Below are positions 55,252-64,000 of a stretch of 64,000 nt of DNA, piece after piece. Made by a program: the position numbers and the translations under genes. The notes beneath the pieces were generated by a model. That model saw only the letters and a program-made list of their open reading frames with translations. It searched no databases and had not been told where the DNA came from. The stretch lies in NCBI GenBank assembly GCA_001782035.1, contig MFNL01000004.1:9290-73289 (forward strand), written 5' to 3'. Each line of letters opens with the position of its first letter. Positions within the stretch are counted from its first letter, which is position 1. Source of the DNA: Candidatus Levybacteria bacterium RIFCSPHIGHO2_01_FULL_37_17. GTDB taxonomy: Bacteria; Patescibacteriota; Microgenomatia; Levybacterales; UBA12049.

Positions 55252-55787
55252 ACATCTATTTCCTCAAAAACATCCTCACCTTTTTCATTTTTTCGTGATT
55301 TGTAAAGTTTACCTTTTTGCTCCAAAACTCTTTTTGGAAATAAAATTCCTTCTAAATGGTCGATTTCATGCTGGATTATTGTGGCCATAAATCCATTAAA
55401 TTTTTTTACATTCTTTTTACCTTTTTCATCTTGCCACTCAAGAGTAATTTTCGGGTATCTGTCAACCTCTCCCCAAATACCAACAAGTGACAAACATCCT
55501 TCCAGTTTTCTAATTCTTTTCTTTTTAGTTTTTTTTATCGGCTCAAAAGACAAAACAATCGGATTAATAAAAATCTCGATTTTTGCTTTCTCTCCTGCTT
55601 TTGTTATAAAAACTCTTTTTTCAACTCCTATTTGGGGTGCTGCAAGACCAACTCCAATTGGGTCGTGTGCTGAAATAAGGGCCTGTTGCATATCTTTCAA
55701 TAAATTGTCTAAATTCTTATCGAACTTAGTAATTGGTTCTGCTTCGATGGAGAGAATGGGATTTGGAGCATTTAATATTTCAGACAT
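55248..55787 (-). CDS. def: Peptide deformylase
   Basis: GVGLAAPQIG, EGCLS, QHEIDHL. Confidence 0.96.
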   Translation of the reverse strand: MSEILNAPNPILSIEAEPITKFDKNLDNLLKDMQQALISAHDPIGVGLAAPQIGVEKRVFITKAGEKAKIEIFINPIVLSFEPIKKTKKKRIRKLEGCLSLVGIWGEVDRYPKITLEWQDEKGKKNVKKFNGFMATIIQHEIDHLEGILFPKRVLEQKGKLYKSRKNEKGEDVFEEIDV

Positions 55788-55788
55788 A

Positions 55789-58272
55789 TCACTTTTGCCA
55801 GGTATCCAAGGCCTCTTGAGCAGCTTGATTTGGTCCAAAAATTTTAATGATATATTCCATTGTCTCTATTGCCTTCTTTTCATACTCTGTATCTACGACC
55901 TGTCCATTTTTTAATGCCAATTCATGGTAGAAAAGCCCCATCGCGTAATATGCATTTCCTCCCTGATAATCAGGTTTTAGCTTTGTCGTTTGCTTAAGCT
56001 CTTTTATCGCTTCTAAAAGTTGCCCGTTTTGGCCAAGAAGCACGCCTAAATTATATGAAATATCAGCATCCGTTGGAGCAAGTTCTTTTGCCCGTTTTAT
56101 AGCATCAAGTGCCTTTGGAAGATAGCTTGCGTCAACTTGCGAAAGGGAGTAAAAAACTCTGACTCTTGTTTTTGCAAAAACAACATTATTGGGATTTTCC
56201 TTTTGTATTCTATCGCTTTGGGCGATTGAATTGTCCAGAAGTTGTTTTGCAACATTTACATCGGCCTGATTTGGGTTTTGGCTGTTTTGATAAAGGATTG
56301 CAGACGCAACAATTGCGTTGTTTAAAGAAAGCTCGTCCCTAAATGTGGGCTCACTGGGCCTAAGCTCAACGGCTTTTTGTAAAAAGGGGTAGGCTTCTTG
56401 ATAATTTCCACCTCTGTCAAAATTGTAGCCTAAATAGTAATATCTGTCTGCCTGCCAAAACCTTAAAAGAACAAATATAAGATATGCGCCCCCAATAACG
56501 ATTAAAATAGCTAGCATTTTTTGGAGATTGCTCATTGTTAAAACTTCTCTTTTTTCTTTTGAAAAAATAAAAGAGTAATTCTCGCCCTTGAGGAGCCCTG
56601 CATGTATTAAAAATACTGCGGGAAGAAGATAAAAGAAGATATTAATCATTACAACCGAAAAACCGAAGAAGTTTGTTATAAGAATGCTAATGTACGATGC
56701 GATAATTGCTGCAAAAAGCAAGGCTTGCCTTCCTAATTTTTTTGTATTTTTAAAAACAAAGCGAATGCTTATAAAAAGAAAAGCCCCTATCATTAAAAAG
56801 TATGTAACAATACCTATTGTTCCTGTAGTGGCTAAGAAATTTATATATTCGTTATGAGCTTTGTTGTATAGAAAATTCCACTCAGACGTTTTATTGTGTT
56901 CAATTGGCCTAAATTTGTAATATGCAAAAGCATAAGTTTCTACTCCCGAGCCAAAAATCGGATAGTTTTTCCATATATCGACCCCGCCTTTCCAAACATA
57001 AAGCCTTATTTCCCCGGATTCTGTTCCGCCAAGCGGTTGTGCCGGGGCAGTCGGTGCTTTTGAGACTTCTTTGACCTGCGCTGGATTTGCTTTAACAAGA
57101 TTTTGGTATTTCTCGTTTATCCCCCTTAAAGTAAATATATCCAAAAAGGAAAAAGGTTGCCCGTTAAAGAACGTGATTGCGTAAAATAAAATTATAAGGG
57201 ACGCAAAGATTTTAAAATCCAGGGATGGTCTTTTTAAATTAAATTTGGGTTTTATATAAAAATAAAAATAGTAAATTAAAAAAAGAGCAAATACTATCCA
57301 TGCGGCAAGCACAGATCCTCTGGCTATTGTCCAGAGAATCGATACGTAGCAAAGGCCGATAAAAGTAAAAAGTAATGCCGCGAAAACAAGATTGTAGTTT
57401 TTAAGAAAATTTTTCGGTTTTTCCACTGACAAGCCGTTATGGACAAAATTTATAAAGATAGCCATCAGTAAGGGAATAATTACAACAAGATATGCACCGT
57501 ACCATGCAGGCTGTCCAAGTGTCGAGAAAATTCTAACTTTTGGCTGAAAATCTGCTGTCCAGCATGAAACATCAAATGTACCCCTAAACAAAAGGCAGGT
57601 TGGGTCGTATCCAAAGTGGGAGGGAAGTCCCCATAAAACAATAAGAGCTGCGCTTGAAAGACCAAAATAAAGAACTTTCTTAATAAAATCATTTGGGGAA
57701 ACTTTAAGAAAAACTATAAAAGAAGCAAAAACCGTAATTGCCGAAACAAGCGTTTGTAGTGGAAAAAAGTTTTCGGCTGATGTGGTCCTGAAAAACGAAG
57801 CGACAAAGTTTCCTGCAAAAAATATGACAATCGCAGCTATGAATAAAGCAATATTTCTTGTATTAAGCAGACTTTCTTTCTCTTCTTCTTTGCCAAAATC
57901 TCTAAAGTTAGAAACAAAGGCATAGTAAAGGAAAACAAAAGAAAGAATTGATAAAAGTCCTCCATTAAACCTTGAATAATATCCCCACAACGAAACGTGC
58001 ATATCAAGAGAGAAAATGGTTGAGATAATTTGTGAGCCTACAAAAAGTGCAATAGGTATGTCCAGAGGGGTTTTTTGGAGGTAAAACTGTCTCTTTACAA
58101 CCATTTTTGTAAACCAAGCAGTGCCAATTATTATTGTTAAGATGAAAGTTGCCCAAAGTTTGTTAAATTCAAATAGTTCTGACGTGTCTCCGACTAAAGC
58201 TAGAGGAACGAGAAAGAATAGAAGATAAAAGCAGTACTGTATTGTTTTATTTAATAAATTTAATAACCTCAT
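55789..58272 (-). CDS. O-antigen ligase/O-oligosaccharyltransferase-like membrane protein with TPRs
   Basis: 'STLGQP', 'RLYVWKGG...PIFGSG', 'AHNEY' Wzy_C motif, C-terminal TPRs. Confidence 0.85.
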   Translation of the reverse strand: MRLLNLLNKTIQYCFYLLFFLVPLALVGDTSELFEFNKLWATFILTIIIGTAWFTKMVVKRQFYLQKTPLDIPIALFVGSQIISTIFSLDMHVSLWGYYSRFNGGLLSILSFVFLYYAFVSNFRDFGKEEEKESLLNTRNIALFIAAIVIFFAGNFVASFFRTTSAENFFPLQTLVSAITVFASFIVFLKVSPNDFIKKVLYFGLSSAALIVLWGLPSHFGYDPTCLLFRGTFDVSCWTADFQPKVRIFSTLGQPAWYGAYLVVIIPLLMAIFINFVHNGLSVEKPKNFLKNYNLVFAALLFTFIGLCYVSILWTIARGSVLAAWIVFALFLIYYFYFYIKPKFNLKRPSLDFKIFASLIILFYAITFFNGQPFSFLDIFTLRGINEKYQNLVKANPAQVKEVSKAPTAPAQPLGGTESGEIRLYVWKGGVDIWKNYPIFGSGVETYAFAYYKFRPIEHNKTSEWNFLYNKAHNEYINFLATTGTIGIVTYFLMIGAFLFISIRFVFKNTKKLGRQALLFAAIIASYISILITNFFGFSVVMINIFFYLLPAVFLIHAGLLKGENYSFIFSKEKREVLTMSNLQKMLAILIVIGGAYLIFVLLRFWQADRYYYLGYNFDRGGNYQEAYPFLQKAVELRPSEPTFRDELSLNNAIVASAILYQNSQNPNQADVNVAKQLLDNSIAQSDRIQKENPNNVVFAKTRVRVFYSLSQVDASYLPKALDAIKRAKELAPTDADISYNLGVLLGQNGQLLEAIKELKQTTKLKPDYQGGNAYYAMGLFYHELALKNGQVVDTEYEKKAIETMEYIIKIFGPNQAAQEALDTWQK

Positions 58273-58349
58273 CGGTAGACTTGTTCAGTTGAACAATCGT
58301 AACATATTGGAAATTGAGCCGCAAGGTGTTAGAATTGCCTTGAATCATT

Positions 58350-59477
58350 ATGTTGGACAAGCTATTTTCACTCTTTTCATACGACATAGGAATTGATCTT
58401 GGAACCGCAAATACACTTGTTTGGGTGAGGGGGAAAGGTATTGTAATAAGAGAACCTTCGGTTGTTGCAATGCACAAAAAAAGCAAGAAAATTATTGCTG
58501 TGGGCACAGAAGCAAAAAAAATGCTTGGTAAAACTCCTGTAAATATTGTCACCGTACGGCCTCTAAAAGGTGGAGTAATAGCAGATTTTGACGCAACCCT
58601 TGCCATGATCACCCATTATATTCAGAGTGTGCACGAAATTGGAAAAATTGTGCCTACTGTCTTTTCAAGACCAAGGGTCGTAATCGGAATTCCATCGGGC
58701 GTTACGGAGGTAGAGCGAAGAGCTGTTTGGGAAGCAGCTTTAAGCGCGGGCGCAAGAGAAGCTTTTTTAATTGAGGAATCTATGGCATCTGCAATTGGAG
58801 AGAATATTTCGGTTTTTGCACCAACAGGAATTATGGTTGTTGATATTGGAGGAGGGACTACAGAAGTTGCGGTAATTTCTTTGGGGGGAATTGTTGTTGG
58901 CAAGTCTTTAAAAATTGCAGGAGACAACATGGATTTGGCAATTGCTCATTACATAAGACTTAGACATGGGCTTTTGATAGGTGAAAAAACCGCAGAAGAT
59001 TTGAAAATTACAATAGGAAGCGCCTACGCAAAAGGCTCAAAATATAAAAACGCAACAATTCAACCCCAACAGTTAAACGGTGAAGGGGCAGTTGATATTG
59101 AAAAAAACGAAGCAGGGGAGAAAGTGGCAATTATAAGAGGACGGGATATAGAAACTGGTCTTCCAAAAAGCTTAAAAGTTACAGAAGTGGAAGTTAGAGA
59201 AGCCCTTGCTCCCGTTTTAACACAAATAATTAATGCGGTTGCAGAGATTTTAGAAGAATCTCCGCCCGAGTTGACATCCGACATTCTGGAACATGGTGTT
59301 CTTCTTACTGGTGGAGGAAGCAAGCTTCCGGGGATAGATAAATTAATAGTTGAACGAATCCATATACCTGTTATTCCAAGCGAAGACCCCTTAACCAGCG
59401 TGGTTAGAGGAACTGGGAAAGTTTTAGAAGACGAGTCACTTCTAGCACGTGTTAAAGTAATCGGCGGCCTGCAATAA
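58350..59477 (+). CDS. mreB: Rod shape-determining protein MreB (paralog 2, in the mre operon)
   Basis: GIDLGTANT, DIGGGTTE, SPPELTSDI; precedes mreCD. Confidence 0.95.
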   Translation: MLDKLFSLFSYDIGIDLGTANTLVWVRGKGIVIREPSVVAMHKKSKKIIAVGTEAKKMLGKTPVNIVTVRPLKGGVIADFDATLAMITHYIQSVHEIGKIVPTVFSRPRVVIGIPSGVTEVERRAVWEAALSAGAREAFLIEESMASAIGENISVFAPTGIMVVDIGGGTTEVAVISLGGIVVGKSLKIAGDNMDLAIAHYIRLRHGLLIGEKTAEDLKITIGSAYAKGSKYKNATIQPQQLNGEGAVDIEKNEAGEKVAIIRGRDIETGLPKSLKVTEVEVREALAPVLTQIINAVAEILEESPPELTSDILEHGVLLTGGGSKLPGIDKLIVERIHIPVIPSEDPLTSVVRGTGKVLEDESLLARVKVIGGLQ

Positions 59478-59513
59478 CTTGTAACAAATCTTCAAAAGCA
59501 CTAAAATGATTTC

Positions 59514-60287
59514 ATGCCGCAGCGAAATCCGACCTTATTTTTTTTTATACTTTTTATATCTGCAGTCCTTATTATTGTTGTTTCAAAATTCAATCTTCTA
59601 AATCTGGCAACTGGTGTAGTTCAAAATGTATTTGCTCCGGCGCAAACTACCTTGAGAAATATATTTGTAAAAGATGAAAGCAGTGCAAAACAAGAAAATT
59701 TAGAACTTGCCTCCAAGCTGGTTGAGCAGCAAAAACTAATTTCTGACAACAAAGCATTAAAAGACCAATTCCAAACCGTAAAAGTCAATTCAACATATTT
59801 AATTCCTGCAAAAATAGTAGGATCGCCGAGTTTTGTCCCGGGACTATCTGTTCCTGAAGAATTTATCATAAATTTAGGCACAGAAGACGGAGTAAAGGCG
59901 GGACAGGCCGTAGTTTATAAAGATAATTTAGTTGGAATTATAAAAAAAGCAAATAATTCCTTCTCCAAAGTTATATTGGTAAGCGCGTCTTCTTTTAGTT
60001 TGACCGCAAAAACGCTTTCAGATAGCGCATCGGGTGTTGCCAGGGGAAAAGGGGGAGGACAAATAATTTTTGAAAATGTTTTGCTTTCACAACGAATCGC
60101 AAAAGACGATCTAGTAGTTAGCAGAGGAAGCATAAACCAAGAAGGAGAAGGAACCGCACCAAACTTAATAATCGGAAAAATTGTATCTGTTAATAAAGCC
60201 CCAAGTAGCCTTTTCCAGTCGGCAAAAATAATGCCTTTAATTGATTTCCATGCTCTTTCTACTATATTTGTCGTAGTTAAACAATGA
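59514..60287 (+). CDS. mreC: Rod shape-determining protein MreC
   Basis: TM, coiled coil, 'INLGTEDGVKAGQAVV', 'IGKIVSV'. Confidence 0.9.
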   Translation: MPQRNPTLFFFILFISAVLIIVVSKFNLLNLATGVVQNVFAPAQTTLRNIFVKDESSAKQENLELASKLVEQQKLISDNKALKDQFQTVKVNSTYLIPAKIVGSPSFVPGLSVPEEFIINLGTEDGVKAGQAVVYKDNLVGIIKKANNSFSKVILVSASSFSLTAKTLSDSASGVARGKGGGQIIFENVLLSQRIAKDDLVVSRGSINQEGEGTAPNLIIGKIVSVNKAPSSLFQSAKIMPLIDFHALSTIFVVVKQ

Positions 60288-60712
60288 TTTTTGCATTTCC
60301 TCTTATTTTAATCGCATTGCTTTTGGAGGCATCGGCCTTGTCCCTTCCTCTTACTTTAGTAACTATTGTAACGTTGTCCTTTTTTTATAACCAAAGGCAA
60401 GTTCTTTTTCTTGCAGCATTCTTTGGAATACTTTTGGACATACTACTTTTGCAAACCATTGGAATTTCGGCTATTTTTTTTCTTATAGCAGTTTTTCTAC
60501 TATTTTTATATAAACGAAAAATAGAAGATAGTAAGCAAGTAGTGTTTATTATTAATTTAATAACCGCAGTTTTATACGCGCTAATTATAAAAGGGACTGT
60601 TTCCTTTTTTGAGCCTCTGACCGTTGCAATATTTGGTCTAGCCTTCTTTGTTATTCTAACTAAATTCAAAACTTTAAAAAATAAAAATAATAATTTAAGT
60701 TTTAATGTCTAA
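60284..60712 (+). CDS. mreD: Probable MreD
   Basis: Hydrophobic, 'FFGILLDIL....IG'; lies between mreC and mrdA. Confidence 0.75.
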   Translation: MIFAFPLILIALLLEASALSLPLTLVTIVTLSFFYNQRQVLFLAAFFGILLDILLLQTIGISAIFFLIAVFLLFLYKRKIEDSKQVVFIINLITAVLYALIIKGTVSFFEPLTVAIFGLAFFVILTKFKTLKNKNNNLSFNV

Positions 60713-62472
60713 TGGAAGATGATTTTAGTGAAAGTTTGATAACGGAAACCTCAAGAGGACAAGGTTTCGGAAGGAAAACAAATAGTACAAGAGGGTATTT
60801 TCTTTTTTTATTATTCTTTTTGGTGTTTGCGGCTATTTTTTTAAGAGTCTTTTTCCTCCAAATAGTAAAAGGTGAATATTTCAGAGTACTTTCTGATCAA
60901 AACAGAACAAAAACGGTATCAATTCATGCCGAAAGGGGAATAATTATGGACAGAAACGGTATCCCTTTAGTTTTTAATGAACCCGGGTACAGGATGACAA
61001 AAGAAGGTAAAACTATCCAGCTAAGTCACCAGGAAGCACTTGCTTTTCTTACCAAAGAAAGCAATAAATTGGAAGTTGATTCCCTAAGACGTTATGCATA
61101 CGGTGAAGATCTAGCTCATGTTTTGGGGTATATAGGACAAATTTCGGCTGAAGAGCTTAAAGAACCGGCCTTTACAGAGCACAAAGGCAGCGATGTGATC
61201 GGCAAGGAAGGAATAGAGAGAAGCTATGAACAAAGATTAAAAGGAATAGACGGCAAAAAACTAATAGAAGTAGATTCAAGCGGAAGACAGTTGAGAGCTC
61301 TTGGACAGGATGAGCCAATTGCCGGAGACAATATAACTTTAACCATTGATTTAGAACTACAGCAAAAAACTTTTGAGGCGATGGAAGATGTTAAGAAAGG
61401 AGCCGCTATTGTAAGTTCTGCAGGAGGTGGAATTTTAGCACTTGTTTCTAAGCCTTCATTTGACCCAAATCTTTTTACAATGGGAGAAAGCTACAAAAGC
61501 GCTACCACATCGGGCTATCAAAATATTGAGCAGGTGCTTTTAGACTCAACGGCTCAACCTCTACTTAATAGAGCTATATCGGGTGTTTATCCTCCCGGCT
61601 CCACGTTTAAAATAGTAGTAGCATCAGCAGCCCTAAAAGATAAAGTAATTGATGCCAGTTATTCAATTGAGGACACAGGGATTTTACATGTAGGATCATT
61701 TTCTTTTTCCAACTGGTATTTTACAGGTTATGGCAAAACAGATGGACAGGTTAATGTTGTTAAAGGAATAAAGCGCTCAAATGATATTTTCTTTTACAGA
61801 CTCGCCGAACTTTTAGGAGTTGAGAAAATCGCAAAAGACGCATCAAAGTTTTTCTTAGGGAAAAAATTAGGAGTGGATTTAATAGGGGAAGCAAGCGGAA
61901 CTCTTCCTAACGAGCAGTGGAAAAAAGAAAATATAGGCGAGGGCTGGTATTTGGGTGATACTTACCACTTAGGAATAGGACAAGGGTACCTACTTTCTAC
62001 CCCCTTGCAAGTTAACGCTTGGACACAAGCAATTACAAACGAAGGAATACTCAAAAGACCCCATTTGTTAAAAGAGAAAAAGGAGGAGACTATTTCAAAA
62101 GGCCTTCTGGATAAAAAATCTTACGAACTGGTAAGGCAGGGAATGGTTGAGTCTTGTGCTCAAGGTGGTGTTGCATGGCCGCTATTTGATTTTAAAGTTA
62201 AAAATTCAAAACTAAAAATAGACGGGAAAAACTTTTTAGAAGTTAAAGGGGCTTCCGGCTCTGCTGATATGAGGCAAGTCGTTATTGCATGTAAAACCGG
62301 AACTGCAGAACATGGAGACACAAAAGGAATTCCTCATGCTTGGATTACTCTATTTGCCCCTGCCTATAATCCGGAAATTGTGGTTACGATTTTGGCTGAA
62401 GAAAGCGGGGAAGGAAGCAATGTCGCAGCCCCAATTGCAAAAAAAATCCTAGAGGCTTATTTTGGGGAATGA
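60712..62472 (+). CDS. mrdA: Penicillin-binding protein 2 (class B)
   Basis: PGSTFK (SxxK), SND, KTGT motifs; TM anchor. Confidence 0.92.
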   Translation: MEDDFSESLITETSRGQGFGRKTNSTRGYFLFLLFFLVFAAIFLRVFFLQIVKGEYFRVLSDQNRTKTVSIHAERGIIMDRNGIPLVFNEPGYRMTKEGKTIQLSHQEALAFLTKESNKLEVDSLRRYAYGEDLAHVLGYIGQISAEELKEPAFTEHKGSDVIGKEGIERSYEQRLKGIDGKKLIEVDSSGRQLRALGQDEPIAGDNITLTIDLELQQKTFEAMEDVKKGAAIVSSAGGGILALVSKPSFDPNLFTMGESYKSATTSGYQNIEQVLLDSTAQPLLNRAISGVYPPGSTFKIVVASAALKDKVIDASYSIEDTGILHVGSFSFSNWYFTGYGKTDGQVNVVKGIKRSNDIFFYRLAELLGVEKIAKDASKFFLGKKLGVDLIGEASGTLPNEQWKKENIGEGWYLGDTYHLGIGQGYLLSTPLQVNAWTQAITNEGILKRPHLLKEKKEETISKGLLDKKSYELVRQGMVESCAQGGVAWPLFDFKVKNSKLKIDGKNFLEVKGASGSADMRQVVIACKTGTAEHGDTKGIPHAWITLFAPAYNPEIVVTILAEESGEGSNVAAPIAKKILEAYFGE

Positions 62473-62813
62473 GCACTTCTGGCGGCGACTATTTCTCTAA
62501 TTTCTCCTGATATAGCATAAACTCTTAAAAAATTGGAAAAGAAATCGTTACTTTGGAAAATTCCTGACAAACTCTTTACTTTTGTTTTGAACCAATCCAA
62601 CCCTTGCTGAACTTGGTCTGGCTCAAACTCTTTACTCACAAGAAAGATTTTTCCTGCTTCGTCTTTAGTTTTTCCGGAAATTGTTAATTTGTCTCCATTA
62701 AGATACCCCTCAACCATTGCATTTTCCGCAGATTCTTCAAGAAAAGCGATAACCGCCGGAACTTGCTCGGTTAGTGTTTCGCTTCTTGCTTCTATTGATC
62801 CAGCTCGTGACAT
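62457..62813 (-). CDS. Hypothetical protein
   Basis: Start MSRAGS 7 nt after TTGACT-17-TAATAT. Confidence 0.6.
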   Translation of the reverse strand: MSRAGSIEARSETLTEQVPAVIAFLEESAENAMVEGYLNGDKLTISGKTKDEAGKIFLVSKEFEPDQVQQGLDWFKTKVKSLSGIFQSNDFFSNFLRVYAISGEIREIVAARSAHSPK

Positions 62814-62867
62814 GGTAGCAATATTAAGATAGCAAGAGTAAAAAGTCAAATGTAGTATTATAAATTT

Positions 62868-63947
62868 ATGGAAGAGCGTGACTATTATTTGGGATTTAGC
62901 TTGGTAAGCGGGATTGGGCCTAAGACCTTTGCTCAACTTCTCAAATATTTCAAAACCGCAGAGACAGCATGGAATGCAAGTCTAAAAGAGTTTAAAAATG
63001 CAGGGCTTGGAGAACTTACAACTCAAAAATTTGAAAAGGCAAGGGGAGAGTTCAATTTTGCCGAATACAAAAGAAAATTAAAGCTTCAAAAAATTGATTA
63101 TATTGCTATAGTAGATAAAGAATATTCTCCACTCTTAAAGCAAATTCCAAACCCGCCAATTTTACTATTTATCAAGGGTAATAAATCTTTACTAAAGAGT
63201 TCACAAATTCTGGCAATTGTTGGGACAAGAAAAATGACAAATTATGGGCAAGAAGTAACGGAAAAGTTTGCTTTTGAACTTGCGAGTGCCGGATTTACAA
63301 TTGTTTCCGGAATGGCACTGGGGGTGGATGGGCAAGCGCATAGCTCAACCATGTTTGCAAAAGGCAAAACTATTGCGGTTTTGGGAAACGGAGTTGATTT
63401 GCCGTTTCCAACTTCTAATCAAAACTTATATCACAGAATTTTAGAAAGCGGAGGAGCAATAATTTCCGAGTTTCCACCGGGCGAGCCGCCAAACAAAGGT
63501 ACTTTTCCTTCTCGAAATAGAATTATTGCAGGTATTTCTCAGGGAATTTTAGTTACAGAAGGCGCAGAAGATTCAGGCTCTTTAATTACCGCAAATTATG
63601 GACTGGAATTCAAAAGAAAAGTCTTTGCAGTACCCGGGCCGATAACAAGTCCGCTTTCCGCAGCGCCTTTGAGGCTTATTGAAAAGGGAGCAAGGTTGGT
63701 TGTTTCACCCGATGATATTTTAAAAGAATTTGATGTGCGAAAAGTTCAAAAAGATAAAGAATCAAGGCTCAAAGGATTAACAAAAGAAGAGTTAAAAATA
63801 GCTCAAATTATTGAAAACGAGCCTTTGTCATTTGATGAGATCGTAAGAAAACTAAATTCAGAATCCTCAAAAGTAGCAACAATACTATCTATTATGGAAA
63901 TAAAGGGAATTATTAAAAACTTTGGAGGAAATTACTCCTTAAATTGA
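62868..63947 (+). CDS. dprA: DNA-processing protein DprA
   Basis: 'AIVGTRK', 'VSGMALGVDG', 'FPSRNRII', 'SGSLITA', C-terminal winged helix. Confidence 0.95.
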   Translation: MEERDYYLGFSLVSGIGPKTFAQLLKYFKTAETAWNASLKEFKNAGLGELTTQKFEKARGEFNFAEYKRKLKLQKIDYIAIVDKEYSPLLKQIPNPPILLFIKGNKSLLKSSQILAIVGTRKMTNYGQEVTEKFAFELASAGFTIVSGMALGVDGQAHSSTMFAKGKTIAVLGNGVDLPFPTSNQNLYHRILESGGAIISEFPPGEPPNKGTFPSRNRIIAGISQGILVTEGAEDSGSLITANYGLEFKRKVFAVPGPITSPLSAAPLRLIEKGARLVVSPDDILKEFDVRKVQKDKESRLKGLTKEELKIAQIIENEPLSFDEIVRKLNSESSKVATILSIMEIKGIIKNFGGNYSLN

Positions 63948-63972
63948 CAAAAGGCCTCTAGTTTGATATATT
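63944..63972 (+). promoter_or_regulatory. Sigma70-type promoter for a gene starting at 63983 (MAAEID..., truncated by the window)
   Basis: TTGACA-17-TATATT. Confidence 0.65.
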
Positions 63973-64000
63973 CCCGAGCAATATGGCAGCAGAAATTGAT

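Noticed and set aside
1-64000. CRISPR array, rRNA, transposase, reverse transcriptase/DGR
   Set aside because: No regularly spaced repeat-spacer series or matching protein motifs seen. The rplA repeat differences are synonymous and not adenine-specific, so it is not a TR/VR pair.
1-64000. Alternative genetic code (UGA=Gly as in Gracilibacteria/Absconditabacteria)
   Set aside because: Conserved genes are full length under code 11, and comEA, mreC, mrdA and dprA end at TGA at the expected positions.

Overview
A low-GC bacterial chromosome segment using standard code 11 (TGA stops, tRNA-Trp CCA). Gene content and style point to Patescibacteria (CPR), most likely Microgenomates; this taxonomy is inference. 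Core genes include leuS, argS, ndk, secE-nusG-rplK-rplA...rplJ-rplL, rpmG, rpmB, fmt, def, two mreB paralogs with mreC-mreD-mrdA, comEA, a split comEC, dprA, DsbA/VKOR, a sortase and six tRNAs. The most unusual items are: (1) a 2563-aa protein that fuses two catalytically headless XerC/D-type DNA-binding (SAM-like) domains through one TM helix to a phage-tail-fibre-like repeat stalk with an internal S74 self-cleaving chaperone, lying among glycosyltransferases and a WxL/DUF916-like surface cluster; (2) a second WxL/DUF916-like, pilus-like cassette inserted into the ribosomal protein operon between two copies of the rplA 3' end (143-bp identical core, synonymous-diverged flanks, no integrase); (3) an unannotated ~175-nt structured RNA with its own promoter; (4) a 99-bp REP-like insertion duplicating the tRNA-Thr 3' end; (5) widespread apparently leaderless genes and in-frame 7-bp microsatellites. 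No CRISPR array, rRNA, transposase or prophage was seen. All domain calls come from motif recognition by eye, not from database searches.
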